From the NCBI GenBank assembly GCA_048013815.1, contig CM106586.1:18228001-18292000 (forward strand): DNA of 64,000 bases, written 5' to 3'. Each line of letters begins with the position of its first letter. Within the stretch, counting starts at the first letter, position 1. A model generated the notes under the pieces. That model saw nothing but the letters and a program-made list of their open reading frames with translations. It was not told the origin of the DNA and did not search any database. Made by a program: the position numbers and the translations under genes. Shown here piece after piece: positions 35,890 through 46,827 of this stretch. The stretch comes from Setoptus koraiensis (lineage: Eukaryota; Animalia; Arthropoda).

Positions 35890-36852
35890 TCATTCGCTTT
35901 CAATTATCTCATTGATCCATCCAAGGAAACTGCTGACCTTAGTGAATATGCTAAAGCCATTACACTTCTTCTTTGCAGCAGAAATGACGCCCTGAATGAC
36001 CCACTGGCCATTTCTACGATGAAAAGAGGCTGGCCCTCCCGAGTCACCGTTGCAAGCCGAAGCTTCCGAATGACCTTTTTTATCCAATTCACCAGAACAA
36101 ATCGTAGTAGCCTCATATTTTCTTCTCGATTCTACATTGATTGTGACATTGTTCGCTTTAATGGAAAAACAAATGTCACCATCTATTATGGGCTGGTCAA
36201 TGGTTCTCGCTATTTTTGTTAGTGATGTGCCATCTTCGTTTCTGCCCCGACCAGCTAACCTCAATGAGGTTCCAAGTTCTAATGACGGATCTTTAGCGCC
36301 AGGCAGGCAGATTGGTCTGACATATCGAGTCCACTGTAGAGGCTTGTCTAATCTAATCAGTGCGATATCATTTACAGGGATGCCAGGTATAGGTGACTTC
36401 TCTTGATTAACGTAGTCAGGATGTATGTATATCCTTTCACCTTTTCGAATTTGCATTGGTCCTCCGCTTCCTGCATGAATTTCTGCTGAAATTCCCAGAT
36501 CAAAACAATGAGCAGCCGTCAGTACAAAATTTTTGGAAATTACGCTCCCTCCACAGAAAATCCAATTGTTTTCTACCATTACCAACCAAGGGAATTCCCC
36601 TGGCTGCTCGTCTCTGCCACCAATAATAGAATCGATCCTATCAACTTCAGTTAGTCCACATTCTATCGAGTGATCTTTCCCTCCTTCTGATATCGCCTGA
36701 AGGTTTTGTGTTTCTTGGTCACCTTGCCCATTAAATGGGGCAATGTTATGATAATAGTTTTCTATAGTTGAGTTTTCCTTCAATAGCTGGAAGGGATCTG
36801 CTGAGACCCATGAGATACTAAGGGATAACAATAAAGCTTTTATTAGTAACAT
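35890..36852 (-). CDS. Secreted S1A serine protease copy 2 (320 aa)
   Basis: As copy 1; first ATG at 36852. Confidence 0.93.
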   Translation of the reverse strand: MLLIKALLLSLSISWVSADPFQLLKENSTIENYYHNIAPFNGQGDQETQNLQAISEGGKDHSIECGLTEVDRIDSIIGGRDEQPGEFPWLVMVENNWIFCGGSVISKNFVLTAAHCFDLGISAEIHAGSGGPMQIRKGERIYIHPDYVNQEKSPIPGIPVNDIALIRLDKPLQWTRYVRPICLPGAKDPSLELGTSLRLAGRGRNEDGTSLTKIARTIDQPIIDGDICFSIKANNVTINVESRRKYEATTICSGELDKKGHSEASACNGDSGGPASFHRRNGQWVIQGVISAAKKKCNGFSIFTKVSSFLGWINEIIESE

Positions 36853-38574
36853 TCTGTTGATGATCAATAGTGATATTGATTTTTCACGAAGGAAACAAAT
36901 GTAATTCTTGATTTTCCGAGGACTTTCAACTATTGAACGAAGTTGATTTGTTGACGATTTGTAATTTTCATTTATTACTTCTGGATGAGATTCAAAAACG
37001 TTTAGTTTGATCAAAACGACTCGACATGAATAAGACCAGCTACATCCATGTAAAAAGCTTATATACCATTGCTAGCCTCAAATCATTGGAGGCATACTCG
37101 ATTGTCTTCAATGGTATGTTAAGCTGTGACAAATTGCCTCGCTCTCGAGTTGAGTAAACTTACTATCTCTTTTGTGTCATGCTGGCCTGAATTATCTTCA
37201 CCGGACGCAAAGATTCAGGTACATCTACTTGCCATCTCAATCTAATGTCAGAGACTAGCAGGACCCGTAAACAGCAGTGTGTGAAATTGTAATCAAATGA
37301 AACTCTAGCTTTCTTTTGTAATAGGAACATAATTATAATTATATCCGACCCGACTCACACACACAGGTCAACATTTTGCATCTAAGCGCCACATGTATTT
37401 ACAAGCTAATCAAGTGTTGCTTCGCCTTAAGAAGGGAGACTTTGCAATTAGTGACACACATTTCGCTAGACTGATGTTTTGATTGTAATTTTTGTTTTAT
37501 AAGTTGAGTGGCTCATTGGAAGTTTAAGGCAACATCAGATAGGATGGATGACTCTGGTAAGGATCGGCATGATCCAAGGGACGTGTTTATGCATTATTAG
37601 TTAAGAGTTTTTGTATATGAAGAAAGTACAAGCGATTCAACTAATCGTTTAACGTCGTTCAACTCTTCTGACCAGCCATTTGGAAGAAGACTTTCTGGTT
37701 GTAACACTTTCTTGTGAGCCTCTTTGCGCAACAAATCAGACATCCCCACATCTTCGATATAGATAGCAAAATCAAGCCAATAATGCCGGAGTTGCAATTT
37801 AATTATCAACAGTTACACTCGTGATCTATGATGGATATTCTTACGACTCAACGAGTTTCTACCGAAAGCCTTAAAAGTGCCAGAAGGTCGATAGCTTCGT
37901 CACTTTCTACCAGATTATAAGCCATAGTTAACTCTTTGTGTCGATGCTGCAACAATTATCATGAGTTGGTAGAAAGTCGCAATTGCTTATACTAAGAGTG
38001 ACTATTATGAACTGTTTCCACTGCCAATCTACTTTAGAGCTTTAGTTTGAAGTGTCTGGTAAAATAAGCAGCATCACCATTTCTGTACTGTGGAACAGAC
38101 TAGACATTTCAGGAGAGGTCCTGCTCTCGCAAACACAATGACTTTTAGTGTTTCGGGGTGAGGGCCGGAGTGAGAGCCGGAGCGAGAGCCGGAGTGAGAG
38201 CCCCGCGCTAGAGTGGCAATGGTGAGATTCGAGCTAAAGAACTCCCGCTCTGAAAATAAACCGCAAGGCTATCCTCTCCTTGAGAGAATCATCCAGGAAT
38301 CTCCGCTTGTACGATAGAAATAACGAGTTCCAAAGATTCGAGAGAAATGATAACTTTGATTTGAGCAAAATTAATCTAGGTTGGATGAATCGGAGCTCGA
38401 AGGAAAGAATCTCAAATCTGTTGTGCCGAGGCAACCAATGAGCACATGAAAATTAGTACAAACTGTTATAACAATGGTCATTTATTAAGTTAGCATTAGC
38501 TAATTAATCCGATGCGTTGTTCATCTCTCACATGGATATAGCATTTCTGAACAGTGATTAATTACTTGCATATT

Positions 38575-38959
38575 CTAGTAGCTGGCTCTAGTACCTTTAC
38601 ATGCTTCTTCGCATTCACTCTTACTTTTGAAATTATTCTGATTGGACCCACAACCTCCCCAGACGAATTTTCTGCATTCAAATTCCTCAGAATCAAAGTA
38701 CCATCTTTCCGCGTATGCCAAACAATGTCCCTTTTCCCTAGGTAGGTGGCAGATTTCTAAAGTTAGTGTTCATAACAATAGATATAGATTAGTAGATGCT
38801 TGATTAGTAGAGCAGTAGTAGCTTTCGGGTTAGTTTATTTTACCCCGAGCTGCCATGTAGATTGAAGTATCACTTACTGTTTTTTCGCCATCTTCCTAAG
38901 GCTGAACTAATCAGCACTAATAAGCAGATGGCTACAAAGATTCTCGCTGTTGGTGACAT
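38575..38959 (-). CDS. Secreted Kunitz inhibitor copy 2; exons 38959-38878 and 38756-38575
   Basis: Same structure as copy 1; differs by V>I in the signal peptide and RWHF>RWYF. Confidence 0.93.
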
Positions 38960-39859
38960 TATGGTTATTATTGTTTTCCTCAAGATTTCGGACGGATGAA
39001 TCAAGTTTTTATTTTGATAATTGTAGTGGAAATTTAGTTGAAACAAACAAGCCTATTCGCCACTTAACTCAAACTGCCAAATGTCTAGTCTGATCTACAA
39101 GACATGTCGAGACTAAGACCAGCTATTTTGATTTGAAAAGCTCGTGTAGTATCAAGTTACACCACTTTCCGATTGCCTACCGTTGCTGATCCACAATATT
39201 TGCAGCATGTAGTGGAAAATCACAATGTTTTGAGCAGCGAGTATTAAACGCTCCTACTATTCCACTACTTTACACCTTTATATAGAGCCCTCAAGATGTT
39301 TGTAGTAGTCTTGGCGATGCATCACTCTCGTCCCATCTCTGCGCCATCTGAGAGCAAAAAGGCTTTTTCAATTTTTTTGTAGAAAGTTTAAACAATTTTA
39401 CCAACTGCATGAGGCACAGATTTTCCCCAAACCGCGGGTTCACTATCAGAGCTCAGGTATGGTTGGACAGGGTCCGACTCTCTAAGCTTCAAATCAACAT
39501 CGGAATGGCCTTGTAAGAATACTTCCGCGATCACTTTTGTGCTCGAGAATCTTATTGCTTGCGGTGAAAGTTCGCCCCATTACACTGCAGCCAGGTAATC
39601 GATTCTCATCCTTCAATAAGAAAAAGTCAATACAAATTTGGTCTCAGGAGGTCAGGAACACTCTACCCTCGCAAATTCCGCACCTTTTTCTCTGGAAACT
39701 GCAAGCCCTCGCGAGAAAGATTATTGACTGAGTAAGCATTGACTAAATAATCGGAAAATTTTGTAGAGATAATTCAACTTTATTACTTGAATGTAGCATA
39801 ACATTTTCAAGATAGCGCAGAATGTGCGCTCATATTGTAGTATTTTGCATCTCCAAAGT

Positions 39860-40828
39860 TCATTCGCTTTCAATTATCTCATTGATCCATCCAAGGAAAC
39901 TGCTGACCTTAGTGAATATGCTAAAGCCATTACACTTCTTCTTTGCAGCAGAAATGACGCCCTGAATGACCCACTGGCCATTTCTACGATGAAAAGAGGC
40001 TGGCCCTCCCGAGTCACCGTTGCAAGCCGAAGCTTCCGAATGACCTTTTTTATCCAATTCACCAGAACAAATCGCACTGGCCTCATATTTTCTTCTCGAA
40101 TCTACATCGATAGTGACATTGTTCGCTTTAATGGAAAAACAAATGTCACCATCTATTATGGGCTGGTCAACGGTTCTCGCTTTTTTTGTTAGTGATGTGC
40201 CATCTTCGTTTCTGCCCCGACCAGCTAACCTCAATGAGGTCCCAAGTTCTAATGACGGATCTTCAGCGCCAGGCAGGCAGATTGGTCTGACATATCGAGT
40301 CCACTGTAGAGGCTTGTCTAATCTAATCAGTGCGATATCATTTACAGGGGTGCCAGGTATAGGTGACTTCTCGTGATTAACATAGTCAGGATGTATGAAT
40401 ATCTTTTCACCGTTTCGAATTTGCATTGGTCCCCCGCTTCCTGCATAAATTTCTGCTTCAATTTCGCGATCAAAACAATGAGCAGCCGTAAGTACAAAAT
40501 TTTTGGAAATTACGCTCCCTCCACAGAAAATCTCATTGTTTATTATAGTTACCAACCAAGGGAATTCCCCTGGCTGCTCGTCTCTGCCACCAATAATAGA
40601 ATCGATCCTATCAACTTCAGTTAGTCCACATTCTATCGAGTTGTGATCTTTTTTTTCCCCTTCTGATATTGCTTCGAGGTTTTGTGTTTCTTGGTCACCT
40701 TGCCCATTAAATGGGGCAATGTTATGATAATAGTTTTCTATAGTTGAGTTTTCCTTCAATAGCTGGAAGGGATCTGCTGAGACCCAAAATATACCAAGGG
40801 ATAACAATAAAGCTTTTATTAGTAACAT
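39860..40828 (-). CDS. Secreted S1A serine protease copy 3 (322 aa)
   Basis: As copy 1; first ATG at 40828; most divergent copy in the region after the catalytic His. Confidence 0.93.
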   Translation of the reverse strand: MLLIKALLLSLGIFWVSADPFQLLKENSTIENYYHNIAPFNGQGDQETQNLEAISEGEKKDHNSIECGLTEVDRIDSIIGGRDEQPGEFPWLVTIINNEIFCGGSVISKNFVLTAAHCFDREIEAEIYAGSGGPMQIRNGEKIFIHPDYVNHEKSPIPGTPVNDIALIRLDKPLQWTRYVRPICLPGAEDPSLELGTSLRLAGRGRNEDGTSLTKKARTVDQPIIDGDICFSIKANNVTIDVDSRRKYEASAICSGELDKKGHSEASACNGDSGGPASFHRRNGQWVIQGVISAAKKKCNGFSIFTKVSSFLGWINEIIESE

Positions 40829-43333
40829 TCTGTTGATGATCAATAGTGATATTGATTTTGCACGAAGAGGACAAATGTAATTCTTGATTTTCCGAGGACT
40901 TTCAACTATTGAACGAAGTTGTTATGTTGACTATTTGTAATTTTGATTTATTACTTCTGGATGAGATTCAAAAACGTTTAGTTTGATCAAAACGACTCGA
41001 CATGAATAAGACCAGCTACATCCATGTAAAAAGCTTATATACCATTGCTAGCCTCAAATCATTGGAGGCATACTCGATTGTCTTCAATGGTATGTTAAGC
41101 TGTGACAAATTGCCTCGCTCTCGAGTTGAGTAAACTTACTATCTCTTTTGTGTCATGCTGGCCTGAATTATCTTCACCGGACGCAAAGATTCAGGTACAT
41201 CTACTTGCCATCTCAATCTAATGTCAGAGACTAGCAGGACCCGTAAACAGCAGTGTGTGAAATTGTAATCAAATGAAACTCTAGCTTTCTTTTGTAATAG
41301 GAACATAATTATAATTATATCCGACCCGACTCACACACACAGGTCAACATTTTGCATCTAAGCGCCACATGTATTTACAAGCTAATCAAGTGTTGCTACG
41401 CCTTAAGAAGGGAGACTTATGTTTTGATTGTAATTTTTGTTTGTCATAAGTTGAGTGGGAAGTTTGAGGCAACATCAGATAGGATGGATGACTCTAGTTA
41501 GGATCGGCATGATCCAAGGGACGTGTTTATGCATTATTAGTTAAGAGTTTTTGTATATGAAGAAAGTACAAGCGATTCAACTAATCGTTTAACGTCGTTC
41601 AACTCTTCTGACCAGCCATTTGGAAGAAGACTTTCTGGTTGTAACACTTTCTTGTGAGCCTCTTTGCGCAACAAATCAGACATCCCCACATCTTCGATAT
41701 AGATAGCAAAATCAAGCCAATAATGCCGGAGTTGCAATTTAATTATCAACAGTTACACTCGTGATCTATGATGGATATTCTTACGACTCAACGAGTTTCT
41801 ACCGAAAGCCTTAAAAGTGCCAGAAGGTCGATAGCTTCGTCACTTTCTACCAGATTATAAGCCATAGTTAACTCTTTGTGTCGATGCTGCAACAATTATC
41901 ATGAGTTGGTAGAAAGTCGCAATTGCTTATACTAAGAGTGACTATTATGAACTGTTTCCACTGCCAATCTACTTTAGAGCTTTAGTTTGAAGTGTCTGGT
42001 AAAATAAGCAGCATCACCATTTCTGTACTGTGGAACAGACTAGACATTCTAGGAGAGGTCCTGCTCTCGCAAACACAATGACTTTTAGTGTTTCGGGGTG
42101 AGGGCCGGAGTGAGGGCCCCGCGCTAGAGTGGCAATGGTGAGATTCGAGCTAAAGAACTCCCGCTCTGAAAATAAACCGCAAGGCTATCCTTTCCTTGAG
42201 AGAATCATCCAGGAATCTCCGCTTGTACGATAGAAATAACGAGTTCCAAAGATTCGAGAGAAATGATAACTTTGATTTGAGAAAAATTAATCTAGGTTGG
42301 ATGAATCGGAGCTCGAATGAAAGAATCTCGAATCTGTTGTGCCGAGGCAACAAATGACCACATGAAAAGTAGTACTAACAATGGACGGATGAGTCAAGTT
42401 TTTATTTTGATAATTGTAGTGGAAATTTAGTTGAAACAAACAAGCCTATTCGCCACTTAACTCAAACTGCCAAATGTCTAGTCTGATCCACAAGACACGT
42501 CGAGACTAAGACCAGCTATATTGATTTAAAAAGCTCTTGTACACCACTTTCTGCCAGATTATGAACCATAGTCTACCTTTTTTGGCACACCAATACAGCG
42601 TTCCTACCTGAACACTTATCAATTGCGGCAACAGTTTCGGTTAAGAACCGCTTCACAACGAGTGGAGATACAGTCCTGAAAATTTGTAGGCCAACATAGC
42701 ACAAAATTAGATATTTCGTTTTCGACGAATTTGATCCCACCGGAAACGCCGTCTGTCTGTTGTGAACAGTTGCAGCTTGCAATTAGATACTCTCTGATTT
42801 CACTCTCGATCTGTTGTAAGGCCAACCAAAAATTCTCATAAAAACCGAAAAAACCGAGAAACCGTAGGTTTAGTTCATTGCTCGAACCGAATATCTCGAT
42901 TCTTAATGGCCGATTTTGTTGTCCCTAGTTATCATTGTCTATCTAAAATGATTAATGTCGTCGCATGCTTGGCCCGACAGATTGGCGAGCATTGGGGACA
43001 GGGAATAATTGGAAATACTGTTACAACATGCTGATTGTATGAAAGAACAACTAGAATGCTTGCGAAATCAATCAATTATCATAATCATCTCATTGATTGG
43101 CTATAATTTTTAATTGATTGTTTGATTGTTATTAACACTGCAGGTCTTTACAATAGATTGTGCGTTGCATTGACTTATTTACAAATGGATTTCGTTTTTT
43201 CTTGCTGAGAGCACAGTCCTCGTTTTTTCTTTACCCAAATGTTTTTCCTACTAGGTATCTAAAGTTTTTACAAATATACATTCTCTATTGCTGATACATT
43301 CTCTATTGCTGATACATTGTCTAGTACTTTGGT

Positions 43334-45694
43334 TTAGTTGTTGACGCTGACAATCTGATGAATCCAGCCAACAAAAGAGGAAACTTTAGCATATACGCCA
43401 GGCACATCCTTGTTGCCACAACCGAAGCCCCAGGAAACAACACCAGTGAGCTCATAGTAACCATCAACTAGACAATTGAATGGGGATCCACCATCTCCAT
43501 GACAAGCGTCTATTCCTGACTCGCCGCCGGCACAAAAGCTACTGGATGGCAGATTAAATTGTTTATCGGCCGCCGAGCTGGTCTTATTAAGACAATCAAT
43601 GTCATCTACGATGGGCAGATCCGCTTGGCGTATCTTGAGAGCGGCAGGTCCATCTTGAGCTTGATAGCCATAACCGGTAACTGTGCAATATTTGCCTGGT
43701 TCCACTTTGGAGTTTCGCTCTGGTAAACATACCAGGCAAACGGAATCGCTCAATGTGACCTTTGTTTCCAATTTGAGCAACGCTATGTCATTGTCTAATG
43801 TTTTACTATTATGATTGTGATGTATATAAGTGGTAACCACTTTGTATGTTTCAGAGGGATTTTTGTCATTATCTGTCAGATCGTAGTCGCCCAAACGAAC
43901 GTAGATTGTTGCGTCTTGCTTGACCGGCCTGAGTGTGTGGATGAAACATGACATAAATGAGATAAATAAGGCAAAAAAGAGTTAGCTTCGAAGTGGTTGC
44001 ATTGGTCAATTGGTGCGTCATGTCAATGACATGATGTCATGTGCAGCGTGATTGTTAGCTTACTCTGTGACGCAATGGGCAGCCGTCAATATCCACTGGT
44101 TTCCAATGAGAGCTCCGCCGCAAATGTATTGATTTTGAGCGCTCATTAGGGCCGCCTGTTGTTGCAATAATGTTTGTTGTTGGACGATAATGATAGCAGC
44201 ATGATGCGGACAATTGTGTATATATTATATAACATATCATATCAAAGATAATGAATGGTGCGAGTGTGTTTGTCGACTTACCTGCCAGCACCAAGCGTCG
44301 GATCGCGCGTCCGAGCCGCCGATCACCCTGGCCGTTGGAACGCGACGATTTGGCCCTAGGATGCCGCAAGAGCTAGTGTGATCTATTTTGTGTGACACGA
44401 AATGAAATGAATTGCAGCGATTAGATGACTTAGAGATTGGGCGACATGTTGGGTGGTGGTCAAGTTCAACTGGCCACACAATAATAATTGTTATTATTAT
44501 ATGGCCAGTTATGCAACCTGTTGTTGCATAGAGCACTTACATTTGACAGGCGCTTGACTGTTGGCTTCAGTGGCGTTACTGTACTGATGATGACTAGCTG
44601 TATCAAACGATGCAGTGGACTTGTTGTTGTTTGTCTGTTTGTGTTTGGTGGTTGTTGTTGGTGTTCTTTGTGAAGAGTTTGCAGCGTTGTTCACGGTGCC
44701 GGCCAGCTCAAAATTGTTCACGAGAGACGACGAAGACGCAACAAGTCCGTTATGATTCTCTATGGCCTGTTTGCTGGACAATTGCGACACTTGATTGATT
44801 GTTGTTTTATTGTAAGCTGAACTGTCTGCTGCTGCTGCTGGCGTTTGTTTGCTAGTTATGCAACACAAAGTGTCAGATGCCACACACTTGAATGTGTCAT
44901 CTATGTAATTTGGCGTGGAACAAGTGAAACGCAATACCTTTGATATACATGGTTGCGGACAATACAACAACGATTGCGCCGGCAATGATTGTGTCATCAT
45001 GATTTGCGCCGGTGCTGCAGTGCTACTGCTGGCCTGGATTAGTGCTGGAGTTATCGGTGTCATATTGATTATATTCAACGGTGGCGCTTCGTTGACGTTT
45101 GGATCGCTTTGGGGCGCCACCATCACGGCCGCTTTTGGGGGAGGCAAAGGCATTGGCATCTTTGGAGTTTGATTGGCGACAGCGGAATCTAACACTGCAA
45201 CAGCAACTGGCTTGCCACCGCCAACAATCATGTGATTGTTTAATTGAGACGATGACGCAATATAGGGATCATTCATTGGGGAAAACTTTGTGCCACTCAC
45301 TTGTTGCACTTGTTGCCCCATTGCATTGTTAGCTTGCGCAAGTTGTTGTTGATTATTATTGATTGCAATGCTCTGATGCTGGCTCATTGGCCCCATTTGA
45401 GGTCGCCTCAACGTGTCCGCCTGATGCTGTCGATGCCCGTTGTTGATTGCAACAAAACCGTTTGACATGCTGGCCGCTGGTTGGGCCGCCGCCTGATTGG
45501 GGCCGCTCATTTTGTCCTGATTGGCGAATAGCAGCATGTGATGCTTGTTGCTTTGGGGCGCCATGCTGGCCGATCTAACGGGTTGCTGCTTGTGTTGATT
45601 GGGCAGGCTGTTGGTGTTGCCCACTGACCAGGGTGGCGCCACCGACGTGCCTTTAGCCTGGCCGTTGTTGATATTGGTCACTTGTTGTTGTTGT

Positions 45695-45725
<31 letters not shown>

Positions 45726-46396
45726 TGTTGTTGTTAATAGCCTGGTGATCGGCGCCATTGTTGTTGTTGGCGCTATTTGACAGCAACTTTTTGTGTTGTT
45801 GGCCTGTCTGCTGCTGTTTCAGGTGATTCTGTGATTCGGCCAACATGTGATTGTTGTTATTGAACGCGACACCGCCGCCACTGGCCACCATACTAGAGAT
45901 AGTGGCCGGCGACGAAACAACGGGCAGATAATTTTGGTAGTTGTTGTTGTTGTTGTTGTTTGTTGCGCCAAATAAAACGGCGCTCTGATGACCTGGCTGG
46001 CCATTCTGTATGACATTTGATATCGCGTTCCGCTGTCCGCCGTTTGAATTGTTGTTTTCCGAATTGGACAGTGGCTGCTGTTGCGTAAATTTGAATTGTT
46101 GTTGTTGTTGCTGCTGCTGCTGTGCATGGCTGAATGGCGAGCTCATCTGAACCGAGTTGCCTCTATTTTGGCCATTGGCGCCGTTATTATTGCCGTTATT
46201 ACTATTATTATTATTATTATTATTATTATTGTCGTTATTGGAGCTTGTTGTGGCGGCTACATTTGTCACAGGTTGTGTTTGCTTAGCCTGCTGGCCGACA
46301 GCAACATTGTGATTGCTGTTTATGCCGTCCGCAATCATATTTATAGCCACATCCGGTCTGCTATTACCGTTCGGTGGGATTGGGCGCTGTTGTTGT

Positions 46397-46438
<42 letters not shown>

Positions 46439-46795
46439 ATCAGTTGTTGCTGCTGGTAGTGGTGCTGCAACTGATTGATGGCTGACGGTTGCATGATGGC
46501 GGCAATGGGTGCCGGCCCGTAATTGTTGGCGCCATTATCGTCGCTGTTGTATTGTTCTTTCATGAAGAGCTGCTGCTTTCCTTTGCTCGTCATAGACATA
46601 GGAAGCGCCTGGCCAATGATACTGTCCGAGCTGATCAGTAACGGTTGTTGTTGTTGTTGCTGTTGTTGTTGCTGTTGCATCAGCTGGTGGTGCCTGTTGT
46701 TGTTGGCTTGCTGCTGCTGATGCTTCGAGTGAAACATTTGCTGCTGCTGGGGCGATTGCATAAGCTGGCTGTTTATCATGGCGTGGTAGGCCTGC

Positions 46796-46827
<32 letters not shown>

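Noticed and set aside
42573-42900. EIREYL..SCNCSQ integrase zinc-finger-like word and AAAACCG motifs; CIDFFL LINE-endonuclease-like word near 39640
   Set aside because: Too short and degenerate to call a mobile element without a search.
2650-44000. AT-rich core as contaminant or bacterial HGT
   Set aside because: Genes are arthropod-type with spliceosomal introns, and mas splices across the boundary.
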